From: Octopus sinensis
Taxonomy: Eukaryota
Assembly (NCBI RefSeq): GCF_006345805.1
Contig: NW_021824314.1
Location: forward strand, 1-19,183
Length of the DNA stretch: 19,183 nucleotides
Reading direction: 5' to 3'
Shown: one piece after another, positions 1 through 7,856 of the stretch
How positions within the stretch are numbered: the stretch's first letter is position 1
Layout of the letters: each line of letters begins with the position of its first letter
Made by a program: the position numbers and the translations under genes
The notes under the pieces: generated by a model
The model's input: only the letters and a program-made list of their open reading frames with translations
Databases searched by the model: none
Told to the model about the DNA's origin: nothing

Positions 1-270
1 GAGGAGGAGGGGGAGAAATAGGAGGGACACGATGAAATGGAAGGGAAAGGGGCTAGAGAAAAAAAGAAGGAAGAGTAAGAGGAAAAGATGATAACGAAAT
101 GAAAAAGTGAGAAGAAGGAAGAGGAAAGGATCGAAGAGGAGGTGGTGGAGGAGGACGGAGAGGATGGGGAGGAGGTGGAGGAGATTGATGGTGATGATTG
201 TGAAGAGGAGATGACAATGATGATTAAGAGGCGGTGGGGTAGAGAAGAAGGAGGGAAAGATGAACTGAAG
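1..270 (+). repeat. Purine-rich low-complexity tract (degenerate GAG/GAA/GAT triplets)
   Basis: Almost entirely G/A triplets such as gaggaggtggtggaggagga; no ORF in the track; truncated by the window start. Confidence 0.8.
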
Positions 271-544
271 TCAGGAATGATGTTATAAACAGAATGAAAT
301 AAAGGGAGTTCTTTTTTTTGTTTTTTGTTTTAATTCTACGATGTAATTCTAGAAATATTTTCAAGTTATAAAATATCATATATCGTAATGCAATCCTTCT
401 GTTTGTGCAGTTGAATGTCTTGAAGGATGATAGAGGTCGAGTTGGCTCAAGCTAGCATACATTGATTGGTTTTCTTTGAGATATCAACTGTTCCAACATG
501 AAAGAAAAGCAAACGCCAAAGAAATATATACTTTCTACAACAAC

Positions 545-652
545 AATACACACATACATTTACACATATATACACACATATACAATATATATACACACAT
601 ACATACATGCATATATACATACGTACATATATATATACATATACATACATAT

Positions 653-718
<66 letters not shown>

Positions 719-853
719 ATATATATATATATGACATCTATATATATATATATATATGACATCTAAATATAAACCTATGTGTTTATATATATATATAGAT
801 ATATATTTATATATATATATATTATATATATATATAATATATATATATATATG

Positions 854-885
<32 letters not shown>

Positions 886-915
886 TGTATGTATGTATGT
901 ATGTATGTATGTATA
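545..915. repeat. Compound microsatellite (TACA/CA)n-(TA)n-(TATG)n
   Basis: Directly visible; produces the YI/IY- and MYVC-rich spurious ORFs. Confidence 0.95.
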
Positions 916-1118
916 CATAGTACTACGGAACACATCTGTATCTGTGCGTGTATGTGTGAGAGAGACAAAATAATTGGGATGGAATACGAAATGCCCTGTA
1001 CTCTTTTAACCAACTTAACGTTCAGCCGATAACATTTACTCGTGACTAGTGACATTATCATAGGAAGTGAATTAGATTTTTTTATGCTAAGGAAAATATT
1101 TGAGACTATAAGGTTTTC

Positions 1119-1420
1119 TTATTTCTTTATTGCCCACAAGGGGCTAAACATATAGGGACAAACAAGGAAAGACGAAATACTTATTTCTTTACTACCGACA
1201 AGGGACTAAACACAGAGAGGACAAACAAGAACAGACAAGGAAAGACAAATGGATTATGTCGTTTATATCGACCCCAGTGCGTAACTGGTACTTATTTAAT
1301 CGACCCGGAAAGGATGAAAGGCACAGTCGATCTCGGCGGAATTTGAACTCAGAACGTAGCGGCAGACGAAATACCACTAAGCATTTCGCCCGGCGTGCTA
1401 ACGTTTCTGCCAGCTCACCG
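1119..1420 (-). mobile_element. tRNA-derived SINE family A: one full unit (1181-1420) plus an internally deleted second unit (1119-1180)
   Basis: Reverse complement reads GGTGAGCTGGCAGAAACGTTAGCACGCC...GAGTTCAAATTCC (A/B-box-like), central GCCTTTCATCCTTTCCGGGTCGATTAAATAAGTACCAG, tail ending TAAAGAAATA. Very similar to 18219-18447. Confidence 0.9.
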
Positions 1421-1774
1421 ATTTAATTGAAACCGTCATCTGCATCACACCAACCACTATGCCACTCAAACTTCATTTAGACACAGACACTCACACAGCT
1501 ATACAAATTGATATCAACCGAGTTAGAAAACTCTCTTCCATCAGACACTTTTCAAAACAGAATTTTGTAATGCATTTATTTCTAGGCTAATGAATCGCCA
1601 ACCTTAATCTAATTGGTGAGATCACATATTACAATTCCTTTTGCAGTGAAAATAAAGTTTGTTTGATCTGCTCCCAAAGGCACGGTGTAATGAAAAGAAT
1701 AGAAGAACCTTATCATGCTCGCTGTATGTTAAACGTTGATGATTAAGTTTATTGATCCAAATATTTATATAGCT

Positions 1775-1895
1775 GGTGGCCGCACGTGGCCTTGTGGACC
1801 TAATGGTCGCAAGATCATGGTTTCGATTCCCGGGCCGAATGGAACGTTGTACTCTGGATAAAAGATTTCATTTCACCTTATTCCTGTCCTGCTAC
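1775..1895 (+). mobile_element. Degenerate tRNA-derived SINE head fragment
   Basis: GGTCGCAAGATCATGGTTTCGATTCCCGGGCCG resembles the family C head (GGTCGTAAGA...GTTTCGATTCCCAGACCG at ~19044-19076). Confidence 0.5.
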
Positions 1896-1908
1896 CGACT
1901 GGCGTCTG

Positions 1909-2105
1909 TAGCCCCTTGTGGGCAGTAAAGAAATAGGTATTTCGTCTGCCGTTACGTTCTGCGTACAAATTCCATGGAGGTCGACTTTGCCTTTCATCCT
2001 TTCAGGGTCGATAAATTAAGCACCAGTTGCGTACTGGGGTCGATCTAATCAACTGGTGCTCCCCCCAAAAAAATTACGGGCCTTGCGCCTAGAGTAGAAA
2101 AGATT
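1909..2105 (+). mobile_element. SINE family A fragment: end of tail A joined to a headless body with alternative tail B
   Basis: TAGCCCCTTGTGGGCAGTAAAGAAATA|GGTATTTCGTCTGCC...GTCGACTTTGCCTTTCATCCTTTC...GGGCCTTGCGCCTAGAGTAGAAAAGA; same architecture as 18075-18245 on the minus strand. Confidence 0.85.
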
Positions 2106-2225
2106 TCCAGACCCAACAGTGTGTTGTGGGTCTTTTTTAAAACGATACTTCGTTTCACGTTGCTCGACTCCACTCAGCTGTTAATGGATACCTTTGCGAC
2201 TGCATGGTGTCCCTTTCAAGGGGGA
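2106..2225 (+). mobile_element. Old degenerate SINE body fragment
   Basis: Begins CCAGACC (post-B-box position) and shares TTTCAC and GCGACTG-like blocks with 1840-1905; highly diverged. Confidence 0.35.
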
Positions 2226-2229
2226 CGGT

Positions 2230-2490
2230 GGGATCTCGGTCGCTTATCGTGGATGAGCTCGTTCAATCGATTCTCATCGAATTGAACAGGTCGGTCGGAG
2301 CGTGGAGAGTGTGTACGGTCGAGTTTCCTCTCCTTGAAGCGCGAAAACCATTTCTTTGCAGTTCTTTCAGTAATAGCCCCTCTCCATCCACAGCCCAAAT
2401 GTTTCGGATCGCTTTGGCAGTCTTGGAATCTTGATTGAAAGCGAAACAAAGCAGGTGTCGAAAATACTCTTTTTTGCCTTTGGTATTTAA
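2230..2490 (-). pseudogene. Mariner-type transposase N-terminal HTH relic (frameshifted)
   Basis: Joining two frames gives KKEYFRHLLCFAFNQDSKTAKAIRNIWAVDGEG/AITERTAKKWFSRFKERKLDRTHSPRSDRPVQFDENRLNELIHD, matching the Mos1/SETMAR-like pattern (R..L.F.F..G....A...I..VYG......T...WF.RF..G......PRSGRP). No DDD domain or TIRs seen. Confidence 0.85.
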
Positions 2491-2577
2491 ACTCACCACC
2501 ACCATCAGCACCGCCATCATCGCCAGATATTTGAAAAGAGGTAAAAAATTTACTCAAATCGCAAAGACTTGGATGTT

Positions 2578-3020
2578 TTGTAAGAAGTTTGCTTCCCAAC
2601 CACATGGTTCTGGGTTCGGTCCCAATGCGTGGTACCTTGGGCAAGTGTTTTCTGCTGTAACGACGGACTGACCAAAGCTATGTGAGTGGGTGGGTTCGGG
2701 AGACGGAAACTGGAAGCTCGTCGCGTGTGTGTGTGTGTGTGTGTGGTGTGTGTGTGTGTGCGCGTGTTGTGTGTGTGTGTGCGCGTGTTGTGTGTGTGTG
2801 TTTGTCCCCCACCATTGCTTGACAACCGGTGTTGATGTGTTTATGTCCCCGTAACTTAGTGGTTTGGCAAAGAGATCGGTCGAATAAGTAACAGGTTTTA
2901 CAAAAAAAATTATAGCCACTGGGCTCGATTCCTTCGTCTAAAGATTCTTCGTAGCGGTGCACCAGCATGGCCGCAGTCTAATAACTGAAACTCGGGAAAG
3001 ATAAAAGATGAAAGATAAAA
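2578..3020 (+). mobile_element. tRNA-derived SINE family B (possibly octopus OK-like), diverged copy with internal (TG)n
   Basis: CCAACCACATGGTTCTGGGTTCGGTCCC (B-box-like), ACCTTGGGCAAGTG, internal microsatellite, 3' CCAGCATGGCCGCAGTC...ACTGAAAC and AAAGAT tail repeats; homologous to 15972-16367. Confidence 0.9.
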
Positions 3021-3169
3021 CAGTTGCAGAAAAAGAATAGAGTCACAAAAACAACCATAAAACATAACAATAAAAACATTTTTCGTGTTAATTCAAATAA
3101 AATTAGAAAGAAACGAGCGAATTTATCTGACAACATGTTAATTTGCGTTGTATTTAGAGATTCTTAAAG

Positions 3170-3685
3170 TACCGGGTTTCTGTAGGTTAAAGAAACATTT
3201 ATACTTTGAATAGAATCACATTTTGTCGTCTGCCAGCTATAAAACACAGATTAATTTTTCAGCTCTCTGAATCTAAGTTCTTACGGTGTTCTTTCAGTTA
3301 TTTTTATAACGACGAAGCCGGGGTTTTACAGTTTGAAGATGGTTTGTTTGTAGGCGAAATAATTAGACTTGTAAAATTAGTAGTCGTCTCACGTAGTTTC
3401 TATAAAGAAAATTATATTGTTTAATTGCTGATAGTTTCCTATACCATCCTTGCTGTGACCTATTGACTTATACTTCTTTATATTAATTATCATGCTCGTA
3501 TTTTATTATTTAGCCATTATATTCTAGCGTTGCTTTCTATTTATTTTCGTTAATAAAATCTTTCGTTGGCTTGGCCTTTGTCGCATTATTTCGCCTGCAT
3601 ACGAAAATTTTAATTAGAATGATTCAGCGCTGAAAACAAAATATGTATTAACAAAATAAATACTACTTTCATAAACAGAACCGTA
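3170..3685. mobile_element. Putative old MITE/foldback element with long imperfect inverted repeats
   Basis: Left end TACCGGGTTTCTGT vs reverse complement of right end TACGGTTCTGT. Internal inverted match 3346-3368 vs 3580-3602 (19/23). TA at both ends. Confidence 0.4.
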
Positions 3686-3887
3686 AAAGCTTCCACAGAC
3701 TTCTGAAAACTTCCCTCGCTTATTCTATTATTTCTATTAACATAAAATAACGCATAGCAATTAAAAAATATTTATTGTAATTTTTTTTCTAATTTTTTTT
3801 TTTTTTTTAAGAAAATGATCGTTAAACATGAATGACTCAATGAAATAATATTTTAAACTCCACAGACATTCAGTCTTTTACAACAAA

Positions 3888-3910
3888 TGATGATGATGAT
3901 GATGATGATG
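3888..3910. repeat. (GAT)n microsatellite
   Basis: Directly visible. Confidence 0.9.
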
Positions 3911-4051
3911 GAGATTGTACGGGAGAAAAACAAACGTCCACCATTACAAACATTTTACATCAATGATTCAAAGTGAAAATTGATTGTTTTTCATAAATCT
4001 CAGAGAAATGATATCGGCGCCGTTTATTTTTGTAAGTTACAATTTACGATT

Positions 4052-4052
<1 letters not shown>

Positions 4053-4111
<59 letters not shown>

Positions 4112-4164
4112 CAACAGCAGCAGTGGTAGTAGAAGCTGCAGTAGTAGCAGCAGCAGCAATAGCA

Positions 4165-4237
<73 letters not shown>

Positions 4238-4358
4238 CAGCAGCAGCAGTAGTAGTAGTAGTATTAGCAGCAGCAGCAACAGTAGTTGTAGTAGTAGTAG
4301 CAGCAGCAGCAGATCAGTAGTAGTAGTATAGTAGTAGTAGTAGTAGTAGTAGTAGTAG
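4053..4358. repeat. (AGT)n/(AGC)n trinucleotide microsatellite
   Basis: Directly visible; source of the poly-S, poly-V and poly-L ORFs. Confidence 0.95.
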
Positions 4359-4360
4359 GT

Positions 4361-4887
4361 GAGGACACCTATGCTGAACTATTGAGAAATCTGCAGTTAC
4401 TCTATCCAGATTACAAGTTCAGGTTTACACTTGTAATTATTTGGGCCCTGGGATATGTAACACACTGCCTAAATACCAATCTTGAGAAGTTAGGCTTCTC
4501 AAAATCAGAAAGGAGAAAGTTAATTCGAAGATTAGAGATCCAATACATCACTGGAGCTGTAAAAATCTGTGAAACTTTCCAGAAGTTTATCATTTAAATA
4601 TATATGAGCATGTCTAGAAATGCAAGTATATGCACGAGAATACATACATTATGTAAAACATACAAATCTGCACATATACATACATACATACGTACATACA
4701 TACATACATACATACATACATACATACATACTTACATACATACATACATACATACATACGTACATACGTACATACATATATGCATACCTTGTTGTTGATG
4801 TTGAACTTCCCACGAAGGAGCTTTGGATCGAGGTTAGAAACCGGCTCTTTTTCTATTTGGTAAGAAATCTTAAAATAAAACTGAATA

Positions 4888-4890
<3 letters not shown>
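4361..4890 (+). mobile_element. 5'-truncated non-LTR retrotransposon of RLE type (R4/Dong-like): ORF C-terminus (4361-4597) plus 3' UTR with internal (ATAC)n
   Basis: EDTYAELLRNLQLLYPDYKFRFTLVIIWALGYVTHCLNTNLEKLGFSKSERRKLIRRLEIQYITGAVKICETFQKFII* fits the C-terminal pattern of R4-clade proteins (Y..L...L......P.IIGALG.....L...L..LG...LQ....G...I). The UTR recurs three more times in the window. Confidence 0.7.
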
Positions 4891-4920
<30 letters not shown>

Positions 4921-4964
4921 TGTATGTATGTATGTGTATGTATGTATGTATGTGTGTGTGTATG

Positions 4965-5100
4965 TTATTGTTCAGTTTTATTTCAAGATTTCTTGCCAAC
5001 AGAGAAAGAGTCGGCATCTAATCTAGATTCAAGGCTACTTCATTAGAATTTCAACATCAACAAGATATTTTTGTATGTATGTATACGTGCAGATTTGTAT
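4965..5100 (-). mobile_element. 3' UTR copy of the R4/Dong-like element
   Basis: Reverse complement matches ATACAAATCTGCAC...TTGTTGATGTTGAA...GGCAAGAAATCTTGAAATAAAACTGAACAAT; compare 4660-4890 and 14161-14268. Confidence 0.8.
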
Positions 5101-5174
5101 TAGTTTTCCATTGCTATGTTACGTGATATATATGTTATACAACAGAGTCTGCAACTGATATTTAATAATATATT

Positions 5175-5220
5175 ACTATTACTACTAATAGTAATAATAA
5201 TAATAATAATAATATAATAA

Positions 5221-5251
<31 letters not shown>

Positions 5252-5282
5252 AAGAAGAAGAAGAAGAAGAAGAAGAATGGTG

Positions 5283-5332
<50 letters not shown>
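5175..5332. repeat. Compound (TAA)n-(GAA)n-(TAA)n microsatellite
   Basis: Directly visible. Confidence 0.95.
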
Positions 5333-5333
<1 letters not shown>

Positions 5334-6424
5334 TCGAAAAATATATTACTAGTTATCGGAAGTTCCTGCTTTTCTGCATTTGTTGTAAATATAATCCTTC
5401 TTTGTCAAATATGGAGTGGTATAATCATTATCTATCCTGTTTTCCCCCTTACAAAAACAGTGTATTTATAAATCTGTGTTTCCTATAATTCACTGTCTTC
5501 CCTGTAATTTCATTATTTATTATAACATTACTGTTTTTAATTTTCCTCTTTACGCGACTGCCTTCATGCAATTTTCTAATTCAGATCTGCTATGGATTAC
5601 TCCAATAAATCTGTGCACTATCCGAAGTAGTGTTACTAGTTATTTTCATTATCATATAACTTAGTATGCAGGTATTTTCTGAATACCTTACGAAGTGACG
5701 ACTGTACCCTGCATAGTTAAAGGTTTTCCTTTGCCAGGGCAAAGTATCCGTTCGGTTACCACCGTCAGGGATTTGACGAAAATGAGTCAACCTTCATAAA
5801 CCGTTATATTTCCTGCAGGTATACAATACTTTGACATGGCAGTCAACGACAAGCTAGTGTATTGACAGAAGGACACTGTGGCTATGCAGATGATCATCCG
5901 TTTTGACAATGGAAAGGCTCGCAAGCTCTAGGTATGCGGAGAACTACAGGTTGACTGGAAGAGTTGCATCCCCTTTTCAAATTAGCAACTAAAAAGTAAA
6001 CGACGACAGTACACCCACACATCTCTTGAGAGACTGTGAAGAATGTAAGAATTTTCGACCGTGGTCAATATCCATATAACCTGATGTCGCCCATATGCAA
6101 AGAAAAGTGATAGCTTGCTCTCACATGCTAAATTTAGTTTTAAATATTGGTCAATGTATCAACAAACTGTGGATGCTACATTGCTCGAGACTAATAAATT
6201 TGAGAATCATTGTCAATTTATGCCATGCTTAAAACCCTCCTTCTGTCTTTTAGAATCTTTGGTTAAAGTTTTGTTGATCATTAAATGATTTTTGCAGCCA
6301 TGTGGATCTTTGCGAAATCCCTTCTGTTCTTCTGGAAATTAATTCTAACTTTTCTACATTAATTCATACTCTGAGGTATTACTACATTTTACAATCATAA
6401 GCTGTAGGAAAGCAGGTTAGAGAA

Positions 6425-6778
6425 TACAGTTCTATATTTAAGAGATGAGGAATTATGTACATTATTTACATTATTTACAATTGACGGATATTTGTCCTCA
6501 TCTTGTTTGTTGTTAACACAACGTTTCGGCTGATATACCCTCCAGCCTTCATCAGGTGTCTTGAGGAAATTTTGAACCTGGGTAATCATTCCTAAGTTAT
6601 TTTTCGATGTTGTTGTTATTATTATTATCATTATTGTTGTTGTTGTTATCATTATTATTATTGTTATTATTATTATTAAAATTACTATTATTATTATTAT
6701 TATTCAGATCACTACCTGGAATTGAACTCGGAATCTTGGGGTTAGTAGCCCGTGCTCTTAACCACTACGCCATATGCC
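6425..6778 (-). mobile_element. tRNA-derived SINE family D: tRNA-like head (6705-6778), (AAT)n linker and hammerhead-containing tail
   Basis: Reverse complement GGCATATGGCGTAGTGGTTAAGAGCACGGGCTACTAACCCCAAGATTCCGAGTTCAATTCCAGG has a consensus A box (TGGCGTAGTGG), an anticodon-like loop and a B box (GTTCAATTCC). The tail is repeated inverted at 6789-6928. Confidence 0.8.
6515..6560 (-). ncRNA. Minimal type I hammerhead ribozyme motif (Penelope-type)
   Basis: GACAC-CUGAUGA-A-GGCUG-GAGGGUAUAU-CAGCC-GAAA-CGUU-GUGUU: stem I GACAC/GUGUU, intact CUGAUGA and GAAA core, 5-bp stem II, palindromic ACGU in place of stem III, predicted cut after GUU (6520/6519). Activity not shown. Confidence 0.7.
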
Positions 6779-6781
6779 CGT

Positions 6782-6928
6782 GGCATATGATCGAAAAATA
6801 CTTTAGGAATGAAAAGTCAGTTTCAAAATTTCCCCAAGACGCCTGATGAAGGCTGGAGGGTATATCAGCTGAAATGTGTTAACAACAAACAAGATGAGGA
6901 CGAATATCCGTCAAATGTAAATAATGTA
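6782..6928 (+). mobile_element. Inverted, head-deleted copy of SINE family D with a damaged hammerhead (6838-6880)
   Basis: GGCATATG jumps directly to ATCGAAAAATA. Contains CTGATGAAGGCTGGAGGGTATATCAGCTGAAATGTGTT, which lacks the CGT after GAAA. Confidence 0.8.
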
Positions 6929-7011
6929 TCAGGTTAGATGTTGATAATTTTAAAACTCTATCGTATTTTGCCATCCACAAGTTAGCCAGTCAGGTGTTTC
7001 TAGAGCATAGA

Positions 7012-7690
7012 GATACAAATATATCAAATACCACACATCGTAAATTATTCTTTTATTTGTTTCAGTCATTTGACTGCGGCCATGCTGGAGCACCTGATGT
7101 ATCAAAATTATCCCCGCTTCTAGAAAATATATTGTATTACCAAATGGCAATTACAACCAGCTCCTGTTGAGAAGGAGACTTAATCTCAAGAATGGAGGGA
7201 TCTCTCAAACTGACATGCCTTGAACGAAAAAGATTGGCTTTTTGTCTGAAGATAAGAGGACAGTCGTGGACACATGTTTCTGGTTCAATGGCCATCATCA
7301 GAATGACAATTGTCCGACCTTCTCTCCAGGAGTCAAGGGACTTGAACATATATAAAAAAAAAACGTAGAACGCGTTTATGGTCTAAGTAATTTGCATAAT
7401 TTAAACGAAAGTAAGCCAAGAGAAATCACTCAAAGTAGCTAATGGCATGTATCTGAACAAAAATGGGCCAATACAGGTGTATCAAATACCATGCAACATA
7501 AATTTCTGATTTATTAAAACTATCTCTGCTTCTAGAGTGTGTATTACAATCACCAAATAACAATTAAAACCAACTCCACAAAAAAAAGGATATTCACCTG
7601 AATCAAGAATTCTCCAAAGTGGACACGTCATTAAGGAAAAAGAGAGGCTTATTGCCTGGAGATAAAAAGTCAGCCATAAACACGTGAGTC
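7012..7690. repeat. Old diverged direct duplication (~7012-7280 and ~7472-7690), possibly decayed Tc1/mariner 3' ends
   Basis: Collinear blocks TATCAAATACCA, GCTTCTAGA, ACCAAAT..CAATTA.AACCA.CTCC and G.CTG.AGATAA in both copies. Copy 2 begins TACAGGTGTATC (TIR-like). Confidence 0.55.
7048..7094 (-). mobile_element. Short 3'-terminal fragment of SINE family B
   Basis: TTGTTTCAGTCATTTGACTGCGGCCATGCTGGAGCACC is the reverse complement of 16313-16350. Confidence 0.85.
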
Positions 7691-7704
7691 TTGCTCTATA
7701 ACCA

Positions 7705-7856
7705 GTATTTTGGAGGTATTTTTTTCTAATATTTCTAGTTGTACTTCGTGTATGCTTGATAAATATTTCAACCGTTTGGGGGTATTTCGGGGGGATATTT
7801 TTTCTCTAATATTTCTAGTAGTACTTCTTGTATGCTTGTTAAATATTCCAACCGTT
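7705..7856. repeat. Tandem duplication of a ~75-80 bp unit (7705-7776, 7782-7856)
   Basis: TCTAATATTTCTAGT.GTACTTC.TGTATGCTTG.TAAATATT.CAACCGTT occurs twice. Confidence 0.9.

Noticed and set aside
1-270. Possible acidic (poly-E/D) coding tract or G-quadruplex
   Set aside because: Frequent stops and no ORF in the track; G runs are mostly only two long. Ordinary low-complexity DNA.
395-455. Acceptor-like CCTTCTGTTTGTGCAG followed by LNVLKDDRGRVGSS*
   Set aside because: All frames close within 15 codons, and there is no donor site or recognisable protein similarity.
447-1061. YI/IY/MYVC-rich ORFs, and similar ORFs at 3984-4331, 4604-5021, 5277-5471, 9735-10094 and 13643-14491
   Set aside because: Translations of microsatellites that lack stops in some frames; no protein-like content.
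5281-5343. (AAT)n followed by ACATCGAAAAATA, as at the linker-tail junction of SINE family D
   Set aside because: Only ~13 bp of non-repeat match, with no head or hammerhead nearby; too short to call.
5819-5930. Exon-like segment (CCTGCAG...AG|GTATGC) containing a GYADD peptide
   Set aside because: Stops in all three frames and no other RT motifs around YADD; probably chance.
6705-6778. Functional tRNA gene (loop CT-ACT-AA)
   Set aside because: The acceptor stem does not pair properly and the sequence runs into a microsatellite and repeat tail, so it is a SINE head. The same applies to the heads at ~17650-17720 and ~19005-19075.
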